NCBI GenBank assembly: GCA_963805975.1
Contig: CAWDVR010000003.1
Location: forward strand, 704,001-768,000
Length of the DNA: 64,000 nt
Direction: 5' to 3'
Source: an uncultured Acidobacteriota bacterium
Lineage (GTDB): Bacteria; Acidobacteriota; Thermoanaerobaculia; Multivoradales; SZUA-115
Position 1 is the first letter of the stretch; each line of letters begins with the position of its first letter. The notes below the pieces were generated by a model. It saw nothing but the letters and a program-made list of their open reading frames with translations. It did not search any database and was not told where the DNA came from. The position numbers and the translations under genes are program-made. Below, piece by piece: positions 27,843 to 35,433 of the stretch.

Positions 27843-28973
27843 TCAGAAGACCACCTGCAGGCGGGCGAGAACCTTGTCCTCGGCCTCCGCCCCGTTCGGG
27901 CCCTCGAAGCGGGCCAGGTTGAGCATCAGCTTCAGGTCGTGGCCCTTGAAGTAGTAGCTGCCGCCCAGGGTGAGCGCGTCCGTGGAGTCGTCCTCGAGGT
28001 CGTCGCGCGGGTCGAAGGTCTCGAACTTGACCACCACCTGCCATTTGCGCTCCCACACGAAGTAGCCGGCCTGGAGATACGCGCCGTCGGCCGTGACCTC
28101 CGCCCGCGGCCGGGCCGAGTCGGGCTCGAAGCGGGTGCGCAGGAACTCGATCCAGAGGTCGAGCGGCCCGGCCTGGAGCTGGCTGTCGATACCCGTCGCC
28201 AGGCGCTTGCCGGCGAAGATGTTGTCGCGGTCCGCGGTGGCCGGCGTCGAGTCGAACGCGAACTCGGAGCCCAGCGGGATGTTGGTGTCCTCCGAGGAGA
28301 AGGCGTTGCCGCCCACCGCGAGGGTCGCGTCCTGGCCGAAGAGCTTGCCCCGCCAGGCGGTGCCGGCGAGGCGGCCGGCGAGGAGGAAGCGGTCGTCGTC
28401 GTTGAAGTTGTTGTTGACGCCGTTGCCGTTGAAGGCGCCCACGGCGTAGGTCAGGCGCTTGTCGAGAAGCTCGCCGTGGACCTGCACACCGAGCTGGCGG
28501 CCGACGGTCAGCCGGTCGTTGACCAGGCTGCGCTCGAGGGTGGTGAGGCGCGGGTCGCCGAAGAGCTGCTCGAAGCCGAACGGGGTCTTGAACTGCCCGG
28601 CGCGGACGTTGGCCGCCGGGTTGCGGTTCCAGTTGATGAAGCCGTCGGTCATCTGGGCGCGCAGGCTGGCGGAGTTGGAGAGGCTGCCGGCGAGGTCCAG
28701 CTCGACCCGGAAATCGAACTCTTCGAGGAACTTGCCGGTGGCGTTGAGGCGCGCGCGCCGCAGGTAGATGCGGTCGTTGCCATTGGTGAAACGGGTGTCG
28801 CCGCGGTCGCCGGTCTCGACCTGCACCTGCAGCAGGCCGCCGAGGGCGAGCGTGGGTTCCTTGCCGGCCGGCTTGACGGCGCCGGGAGGGGCCACGGGCT
28901 GCGCCCCCGCCAAGCCCGGCAGCAACAGGAGCAACGGCAGAAAAGCGAGCGGTCTCCGAGCACGGCACGGCAT
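27843..28973 (-). CDS. OprO/OprP-like anion-selective porin
   Basis: Signal peptide, LRRARL, GQFKTPFGFEQL, amphipathic beta strands, C-terminal ARLQVVF. Confidence 0.82.
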   Translation of the reverse strand: MPCRARRPLAFLPLLLLLPGLAGAQPVAPPGAVKPAGKEPTLALGGLLQVQVETGDRGDTRFTNGNDRIYLRRARLNATGKFLEEFDFRVELDLAGSLSNSASLRAQMTDGFINWNRNPAANVRAGQFKTPFGFEQLFGDPRLTTLERSLVNDRLTVGRQLGVQVHGELLDKRLTYAVGAFNGNGVNNNFNDDDRFLLAGRLAGTAWRGKLFGQDATLAVGGNAFSSEDTNIPLGSEFAFDSTPATADRDNIFAGKRLATGIDSQLQAGPLDLWIEFLRTRFEPDSARPRAEVTADGAYLQAGYFVWERKWQVVVKFETFDPRDDLEDDSTDALTLGGSYYFKGHDLKLMLNLARFEGPNGAEAEDKVLARLQVVF

Positions 28974-29019
28974 CTTCGGCCCCTTCCTCGAGTCCAAGAC
29001 CTGGCGGGAAAGCGCGCGC

Positions 29020-29056
29020 AGCCTAGCGACAGCGAAATATCCTGTCAACTATATCG
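29020..29056 (-). promoter_or_regulatory. Sigma-70 promoter of porin-modABC overlapped by a ModE box
   Basis: Minus strand TTGACA(29048-29043)-N17-TAGGCT(29025-29020); 24-bp CGATATAGTTGACAGGATATTTCG fits the CGnTATA-N9-AnATnnCG ModE-site register. Confidence 0.72.
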
Positions 29057-29429
29057 GCGGTGCCAGGTGGGCTGCGAGCTGGCGCCACGTGGAGCGCGTC
29101 GCGCGCAGGCTCTCGGTCTCCATCCGGCGGTAGAGGCGCACCACCGCTTCGCCTTCGTCGGTGAGGCTGGCGCTGCCCTTGCCCCGGCCGCCGCGGGCGG
29201 TCGCGACCAGCGGCAGGCGGAAGCAGCGGTTCATGGTCTGCACCAGCCTCCAGGCCCGCATGTAGGACATCCCCAGGCTCTCGGCGGCGGCGGTCAGGGT
29301 GCCGGCGGTGGCGATCGCCTCGAGCAGCGCGGCCTTGCCCGGCCCGAGGGCGATCTCCTCGCCGCGCAGGATCCGGAGCCGTGGTTGCACCGCGCTCGGG
29401 GCGGACGGCTGGGGCGGGATGTCGGGCAT
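29049..29429 (-). CDS. modE: ModE-family regulator, HTH-only form
   Basis: LGPGKAALLEAI, GMSYMRAW, RGGRGKGSASLT; 126 aa, no molybdate-binding TOBE domains. Confidence 0.88.
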   Translation of the reverse strand: MPDIPPQPSAPSAVQPRLRILRGEEIALGPGKAALLEAIATAGTLTAAAESLGMSYMRAWRLVQTMNRCFRLPLVATARGGRGKGSASLTDEGEAVVRLYRRMETESLRATRSTWRQLAAHLAPPI

Positions 29430-29551
29430 GACGGTCCTCCCTGCTGGCCGGGTGTGGTGGCCGCAGGATATCGAACGGCGTGGCATAATCCGGCCACCGC
29501 CCGCGTAGAGCGACCGAACCGGGCCCCGGCTCAGGACAAACACGGCCCTTG

Positions 29552-30133
29552 ATGAAAATGCTGCGCAACCTGCTCTTCACCCTCGTCGTCCTGGTCGCGG
29601 CCGGCGCCTACGCCGTCCACGTCGGGCTCTACGACGTGTCGGCCGCCAAGGCGCCGTCCGATTGGGAGGAGTGGCTGCTGGGGAAAGTGCGGGAGCGTTC
29701 CGTCGAGAAGCGGGCGGCCGGCCTCGTCGTGCCCGCGCTCGGCTCCGACGCCCAGAAGCTCGCCGGCTTCCGGGTCTTCCGCACCCACTGCGTGACCTGC
29801 CACGGCGCCCCCGGCGTGGGGCCGGACGACTTCGCCATGGGCCTCTACCCGATGCCGCCGGCGCTAGGCAACGACGAGGTGCAGAAGGAGGGCGACGCCG
29901 AGCTCTTCTGGATCGTCCAGCACGGCCTGAAGCACACCGGCATGCCGGGCTTCGGCATGGTGCTCTCGGAGGAGGAGCTGTGGAGCACGGTCGCTTTTCT
30001 CCGCCACCTGCCGGGGCTCGACGCCTCCCGCTTCCAGGCGCTGGCCGAAGAGGCGCTGGCGGCCGAGGCGCCGCCTGCCGTGCCGCCGTCTGCCGTAGAA
30101 GGACCGATACCCGGGGCTGCGCCGTCCCCGTGA
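29552..30133 (+). CDS. Monoheme c-type cytochrome, membrane anchored
   Basis: CVTCH, LYPMPPAL, ELFWIVQHGLKHTGMPGF. Confidence 0.88.
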   Translation: MKMLRNLLFTLVVLVAAGAYAVHVGLYDVSAAKAPSDWEEWLLGKVRERSVEKRAAGLVVPALGSDAQKLAGFRVFRTHCVTCHGAPGVGPDDFAMGLYPMPPALGNDEVQKEGDAELFWIVQHGLKHTGMPGFGMVLSEEELWSTVAFLRHLPGLDASRFQALAEEALAAEAPPAVPPSAVEGPIPGAAPSP

Positions 30134-30158
30134 GCACAGTTCCGTCGAGCTTTGCCTA

Positions 30159-30195
30159 TGGAGCCTTACTGAAAGCGGTGGAGCTTTACTGAAAG
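30159..30195 (+). repeat. 17-bp tandem direct repeat upstream of pspA
   Basis: TGGAGCCTTACTGAAAG (30159) and TGGAGCTTTACTGAAAG (30179), one mismatch, 20-bp period. Confidence 0.75.
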
Positions 30196-30205
30196 GGAGT
30201 CGACC

Positions 30206-30964
30206 ATGTTCAAACGTCTAGGCAATCTCCTGCGGGGCTTTCTGTCCCTCTTCATCTCGGGGCTCGAGAGGGAGAACCCGCGGGCCTTGATCGAAGCCGA
30301 AAAAGAGAACCTGCGGCGCCAGATCGCCCGCTTCAACGACAACCTGGCCAACCACGCGGCGTTCGTCGAGCGCCTGATGCGGCAGGTGAAGAACCTCGAG
30401 GCGCAGGAGCGGGAGTACGCGGCCAAGGCGGCGGCCAACCTCAAGGTCGGCAACACCAACGCGGCGGGCCAGTACGCCCTGCAGTTGAAGACCGTCAAGG
30501 AGCAGCTCGAGGAGAACCGCACCCAGCTCGTGGCCGGCGAGGAGACCTTCAAGAAGCTGGTCAAGTCGCGCGACGTGGCGATCAAGGAGGCGACGGAGAA
30601 GATCGAGTCGCTCAAGCGCCTGATGACCGAGACCGAGATGCTCGAGGCCCAGGCCGAGCTCCAGGAGATGGCCAAGGGCATGATCTCCGAGATCGGCGGC
30701 TCGGGCGACACGCTGGCGCGAGTGGACGAGTACCTGAAGGAGCGCCGCGACAAGGCCGCGGGCCGCGCGCGCGTCGCCTCGACCTCGATCGACACTACCA
30801 AGGTGGAGCTGCTCGAGGCCGAGCAGCACGCGCTCGCCGACCAGGCGCTGGCCGAGTTCGCCGCCGCGTACGGAATGGAAGTCCCCGGCCAGGTGGCAGC
30901 GGCCGAGCCGGCCACCAGCGAGGCGCCGGTCAAGGACATGGGGCCGGCGCTCAAGGAAGGCTGA
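30206..30964 (+). CDS. pspA: PspA/IM30 (Vipp1/ESCRT-III superfamily) protein
   Basis: N-terminal amphipathic helix MFKRLGNLLRGFLSLFISGLE then ENP, long coiled coil, C-terminal ADQALAEF. Confidence 0.85.
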   Translation: MFKRLGNLLRGFLSLFISGLERENPRALIEAEKENLRRQIARFNDNLANHAAFVERLMRQVKNLEAQEREYAAKAAANLKVGNTNAAGQYALQLKTVKEQLEENRTQLVAGEETFKKLVKSRDVAIKEATEKIESLKRLMTETEMLEAQAELQEMAKGMISEIGGSGDTLARVDEYLKERRDKAAGRARVASTSIDTTKVELLEAEQHALADQALAEFAAAYGMEVPGQVAAAEPATSEAPVKDMGPALKEG

Positions 30965-30986
30965 GAAAGGCTAAGGAGACGAGACC

Positions 30987-32732
30987 ATGGCGAACGAAAC
31001 CGGGACAGGGAGAGTCGGGCCGACCGTGCTCGGCAAGGTCGTCCTCGGCCTGTTCATCCTCGCGCTGCTGGCGGGCGCGGCCTACTACTTCCGGGACCTG
31101 ATCGCGCCCTCGGGCGACCGGGGCGACGGCAAGGTGGACCTGAAGAAGTTCCAGCAGGACCAGAAGATCGAGGCGCCGGACACCAAGGGCGTGACCACGG
31201 TCAGCGAGTACAGCTACGTGCCGGGCGAGAAGCTGCCGCCCGTCAAGGGCGTCTCGGCCTACAAGTGGAACGCCGCCGAGAAGGTGGTGCAGTTCCCGAT
31301 CAACGTCTGGATCGGCTGGCTGCCGATCGTCGCCGCCAACCGCGGCTTCGAGCCCAACACCGAGTCGCTGTTCTTCAAGGAGTATGGCTTCAAGGTCAAC
31401 CTCAAGCTGATCGACGACCCGGTGGTGGCGCGCGACGCCTTCGCCTCGGGCGAGAGCCACGTGCTGTGGGGCACGCTCGACATGATGGTGCTCCTCGCCC
31501 CCGACCTGATGAAGGACTCGCGCACCGCCCCCCGCATCTTCCAGCAGATCGACTGGTCGAGCGGCGGCGACGGCATCGTGGTGCGGGGCAACATCCGCTC
31601 GGCCAAGGATCTCAAGGGCAAGACCATCGTCTACGCCCAGAACAGCCCCTCCCAGTACTTCCTGAACAACCTGCTGCTCTCGGCCGGCATCCAGCCCAAC
31701 GAGGTGAAGCACAAGTACACGGCGACCGCCTTCGAGGCGGCGGCGGCCTTCGTCGCCGACCCCTCGATCGACGGCTGCGTCTCCTGGGCGCCGGACATCT
31801 ACAACATCCCCGACCGCGTCAAGGGCACCCGCGTGCTCACCACCACGGCCGAGGCCAACAAGCTGATCGCCGACGTGTGGGCGGCGCGGGCCGACTTCGC
31901 CAAGGACCACCCGGAGATCATCGAGGGCCTGGTCTCCGGCATCTTCAAGTCCATGGGCGAGCTCAGGAGCGACACCTTCAAGGCCCAGGCCCTGAAGTGG
32001 ATGGCCGAGGGCTACGGCATGCAGCTCGACGAGGTCCAGAGCATGGTGGCCGACGCCCACTCGACGAACTTCGCCGAGAACAAGTCGTTCTTCCTGAACC
32101 AGAACGACCCGGCGAACTTCGAGCGCACCTGGAAGAACACCACCTTCGTCTACCGCGAGCTCGGCCTGGTGGGCACCCCGGTGCGCTTCGACGAGGTGAT
32201 GGACTTCTCGGTGATCAAGAAGCTCGACGCCGCCGGCAAGTTCGCCGACCAGCGCGACGAGTACGCCGCCACCTTCGCCCCCACCACCTACTCCAAGGTG
32301 CAGGCCGAGGCGCCGATCCTCACCCAGACCATCCGCATCAACTTCTACCCCAACTCCTCGAACATCTACGAGCCGCAGCACGACGACATCGACCGGCCGA
32401 TCGCCAACACGCTCTACGACCCGACGGTCGAGGCCACGCTCGAGAAGGTGGGACGGCTCGCCGGGCAGTACGCGCGGGCGACGATCGCCATCGTCGGCCA
32501 CACGGACGCCTCGATGAAGACCAAGGGCGTGCGCTTCGAGGACGTGCAACGCCTCTCGCTCGATCGCGCCAACGGCGTCAAGCAGGCGCTGATCAAGAAG
32601 TACAAGTTCGACCCCAACAAGTTCGTGGTCGAAGGCAAAGGCTGGAACGAGGCCGCCAACTCGGACGATCCCAACAACCATGCCTTGAACCGGAGGGTGG
32701 AGATCTCGGTGTATCCGCCCGAGGCGCAGTAG
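30987..32732 (+). CDS. Membrane-anchored SsuA/THI5-like substrate-binding protein fused to an OmpA-like peptidoglycan-binding domain
   Basis: N-terminal TM; WIGWLP, DWSSGGDGIV, DLKGKTI; C-terminal IVGHTD, LSLDRANGV, NRRVEI. Confidence 0.88.
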   Translation: MANETGTGRVGPTVLGKVVLGLFILALLAGAAYYFRDLIAPSGDRGDGKVDLKKFQQDQKIEAPDTKGVTTVSEYSYVPGEKLPPVKGVSAYKWNAAEKVVQFPINVWIGWLPIVAANRGFEPNTESLFFKEYGFKVNLKLIDDPVVARDAFASGESHVLWGTLDMMVLLAPDLMKDSRTAPRIFQQIDWSSGGDGIVVRGNIRSAKDLKGKTIVYAQNSPSQYFLNNLLLSAGIQPNEVKHKYTATAFEAAAAFVADPSIDGCVSWAPDIYNIPDRVKGTRVLTTTAEANKLIADVWAARADFAKDHPEIIEGLVSGIFKSMGELRSDTFKAQALKWMAEGYGMQLDEVQSMVADAHSTNFAENKSFFLNQNDPANFERTWKNTTFVYRELGLVGTPVRFDEVMDFSVIKKLDAAGKFADQRDEYAATFAPTTYSKVQAEAPILTQTIRINFYPNSSNIYEPQHDDIDRPIANTLYDPTVEATLEKVGRLAGQYARATIAIVGHTDASMKTKGVRFEDVQRLSLDRANGVKQALIKKYKFDPNKFVVEGKGWNEAANSDDPNNHALNRRVEISVYPPEAQ

Positions 32733-32735
32733 CCG

Positions 32736-33692
32736 ATGAGCGAGCCGAGAGGCGACTTCTTCGTCTCCGACCCTCCGGAGCGCCGCCCGAGCCCCGCTCC
32801 GACCTGGCTCGAGCCCAAGCCTGAGCCGCGGGCGGGCTCCGCGGAGGCGCTCGAGGAGCGGGCCACGGCCGGCGCCGCGCCCACCGCCAAGGCGCTGCTC
32901 AAGATCCGCGAGGAGATCCCGGTCTGGCAGTACTGGGCGCTGGGCGCGATCCCGATCGTGGTGCTGCTCGCCGTGTGGTCGTTCGTCACCGCCGGCGCCG
33001 CGGCCGAGGACCGCATCATCTCGCCCACCATCCTGCCGAGCCCGCTCGAGGTGGTGAGGTCCGTGCCTTCGCTGTGGTTCGAGCGCGCCCTGACCCGCAA
33101 CCTCTCGGTGTCGCTCAGCCGCGTCGCGGCCGGCTTTGCCCTGGCGGTGGCGATCGCCTTCCCGCTCGGCCTCTGCATGGGCGCCTTCACCAAGATCAAG
33201 GCCACTTTCAACCCGCTGGCGGTGTTCGGCGCCTACCTGCCGATCCCCGCCCTGGTGCCGTTGACACTGTCGCTCTTCGGCACCGGCGAGCTGCAGAAGG
33301 TGGCCTTCCTGGCTCTGGCCTTCGTCATCTATCTGCTGCCGCTGATCGTCTCCGCGGTCGACAACGTGGACGAGGTCTACCTCAAGACCGCGTACACGCT
33401 CGGCGCCAGCCGCGCGCAGGTGGTCTCGAAGGTGCTGCTCGGGGTCTCCTGGCCGGACATCTTCCACGCCCTGCGGCTGGGCTTCGGCATCGGCTGGAGC
33501 TACATCATCCTGGCCGAGATGGTGGACATCGGCAGAGGCCTGGGCGGGATCATCATCATCTCGCAGCGCCGTGGCCCGCGCGAGCACATCTACCTGGTGC
33601 TGCTGGTGATCGTCGCCATCGCCTTCCTGACCGACAAGCTGTGGGCGTGGGCCGGGCGCAGGCTCTTCCCCTACCGGGAGGCGCGGGCGTGA
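32736..33692 (+). CDS. ABC permease, SsuC/TauC (NitT/TauT) type
   Basis: ILPSPLEV, SLSRV, EAA-like TAYTLGASR, GWSYIILAEM. Confidence 0.9.
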   Translation: MSEPRGDFFVSDPPERRPSPAPTWLEPKPEPRAGSAEALEERATAGAAPTAKALLKIREEIPVWQYWALGAIPIVVLLAVWSFVTAGAAAEDRIISPTILPSPLEVVRSVPSLWFERALTRNLSVSLSRVAAGFALAVAIAFPLGLCMGAFTKIKATFNPLAVFGAYLPIPALVPLTLSLFGTGELQKVAFLALAFVIYLLPLIVSAVDNVDEVYLKTAYTLGASRAQVVSKVLLGVSWPDIFHALRLGFGIGWSYIILAEMVDIGRGLGGIIIISQRRGPREHIYLVLLVIVAIAFLTDKLWAWAGRRLFPYREARA

Positions 33693-34555
33693 CCGCACCG
33701 GCCGTGAGCCCACCCGTCGTCCCGCCAGTCGTCGAATTCATCGGCGTCGAGAAGACCTTCCACGCCGGCACGGCGCGCGCCTTCACCGCCATCAAGGACA
33801 TCAACTTCCGGATCGACGACAAGCCGGGCTACGGCGAGTTCATCTCGATCGTCGGCCCCTCGGGCTGCGGCAAGTCGACGATCCTGAACCTGATCCAGGG
33901 CTTTCCGGACGTCTACCCGCCCACCCGGGGCGAGGTCCGGGTACGCGGCCGGATCGTCGAGGGACCGGGCCGCGACCGCGGCATGATCTTCCAGAAGTAC
34001 AGCTCGTTCCCCAACCGTACGGTGCTCGAGAACGTCACCTTCGGCCTCGAGGTGAACCAGGACGAGCTCAGGCTGGGGCGTGCGGAACGCGAAGACCGGG
34101 CGCTCGAGATGATCCGCCGCGTGGGCCTCTCCGGCCACGAGCGCAAGTACCCGCACCAGATCTCGGGCGGCCAGCAGCAGCGGGTGGCGATCGCCCGCTC
34201 GCTGGTGCTCAAGCCCAAGATCCTGCTCATGGACGAGCCTTTCTCGGCGCTCGACGAGCCGACGCGCTACGAGATGCAGCGACTCATCACCGAGCTCTGG
34301 CACGACGTCGAGGCCACGGTGTTCCTCATCACCCACTCGCTCTCCGAGGCCGTCTACCTGGGCGACCGGCTGTGGGTGATGTCCAGGGGGCCGGGCACCA
34401 TCGCCGCGGTGTTCGAAGACATCATCCCGCCGACCCGCGACAGCGATCCGGTGCTGGCGCAGGAGAGCGGCGAGTTCAAGGCCGTGGTGGGCGAGGTGGC
34501 GCGGGCCTTCAAGCGGGTGGAGAACGGTCCGGCGGGCGGCGCGGGGAAGACTTGA
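33689..34555 (+). CDS. ABC ATPase, SsuB/TauB type
   Basis: GPSGCGKST, ISGGQQQRVAIAR, LLMDEPFSALD, ITHSLSEAVYLGDR; GTGA overlap. Confidence 0.93.
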   Translation: MTAPAVSPPVVPPVVEFIGVEKTFHAGTARAFTAIKDINFRIDDKPGYGEFISIVGPSGCGKSTILNLIQGFPDVYPPTRGEVRVRGRIVEGPGRDRGMIFQKYSSFPNRTVLENVTFGLEVNQDELRLGRAEREDRALEMIRRVGLSGHERKYPHQISGGQQQRVAIARSLVLKPKILLMDEPFSALDEPTRYEMQRLITELWHDVEATVFLITHSLSEAVYLGDRLWVMSRGPGTIAAVFEDIIPPTRDSDPVLAQESGEFKAVVGEVARAFKRVENGPAGGAGKT

Positions 34556-35433
34556 TGGCGCCGGCCGACCGTGACCTCGGGTTCTGGGACTACGTCAAGG
34601 AGGCCTTCTACCGCAAGGTCCCGACGCCGCTCCTGGGCCGCATGCCGCTCAACCTCATGGCGCTCGGCGTGTTCGGCGTGCTCGGCATCGCCAACCCCGG
34701 CTTCTGGCTGCTGGGCCTGGCCGTGGAGCTCGGCTACCTGGGCGGGGTGGCGGGCAGCGGGCGCTTCCAGAAGCTGGTGCAGGGCGAGAAGCTCCTGGGC
34801 GCCCAGCGTGGCTGGGAGGTGGAGCTGGCGCAGGCAGTCTCCCGCTTGACCGAGGAGAGCCAGGACCGCTACAAGCGCCTCCTCGATCAGTGCCGCACCA
34901 TCCTCGGCATCGCCGACAAGCTCGAGGCCGGCTCGCTCGACAACCTGCGCGACATGCGCTCGCGCAACCTCAACCAGTTGCTGGTGATCTTCCTCCGCCT
35001 GCTGGCTTCGCAGGAGGTGATCTCCGGCAACCTCTCCAAGCTCGGCCGCGGCGAGCTGGAGCGCAACGTCACGCAGATCGAGGGCGCCATCGTCCAGGCC
35101 AAGGGCAACGAGCCGCTGACCCGCTCGCTCGAGGGCACGCTCGCGATCCAGAAAAAGCGGCTCGAGAACTTCCAGCGCGCGCAGGGCAACCTGCAACTGA
35201 TCGAGGCCGAGCTGCTGCGCATCGAGCAGCAGGTGGAGCTGCTGCGCGAGGAAGCGGCGGTGGCCGGCAGCCCGGACCTCCTGTCGCAGAAGCTCGACTC
35301 CGTGACCTCCACCATGGGCGAGACCACGCGCTGGATGGACGAGCACCGCGAGCTCCTGGGCTCGCTCGGCGAGTCGCCGCTCACCGAGGTGCCGGACATG
35401 CCGCGGCTGCCCGGCCAGGTGAGGGAGGGCTGA
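34555..35433 (+). CDS. Hypothetical 2-TM protein with long coiled-coil C-terminus
   Basis: TGATG coupling at both ends; hydrophobic hairpin (LMALGVFGVLG / FWLLGLAVELGYL); heptad-rich tail. Confidence 0.82.
   Translation: MAPADRDLGFWDYVKEAFYRKVPTPLLGRMPLNLMALGVFGVLGIANPGFWLLGLAVELGYLGGVAGSGRFQKLVQGEKLLGAQRGWEVELAQAVSRLTEESQDRYKRLLDQCRTILGIADKLEAGSLDNLRDMRSRNLNQLLVIFLRLLASQEVISGNLSKLGRGELERNVTQIEGAIVQAKGNEPLTRSLEGTLAIQKKRLENFQRAQGNLQLIEAELLRIEQQVELLREEAAVAGSPDLLSQKLDSVTSTMGETTRWMDEHRELLGSLGESPLTEVPDMPRLPGQVREG

Noticed and set aside
30145-30200. Possible CRISPR mini-array in the repeat before pspA
   Set aside because: Only two 17-bp units with a 3-bp gap, no spacers and no cas genes
6370-33713. 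Very long antisense or alternate-frame ORFs (e.g. 6370-8442, 7077-9878, 18350-21301, 30951-33713)
   Set aside because: Shadows of real genes in high-GC DNA: Arg/Gly/Pro-rich, no motifs, overlapping well-supported CDSs
32736-34555. Plain sulfonate/taurine/nitrate uptake system (ssu/tau)
   Set aside because: Family motifs match, but no desulfonation or nitrate genes are adjacent, and the binding protein architecture and pspA/AAA context argue against a confident substrate call
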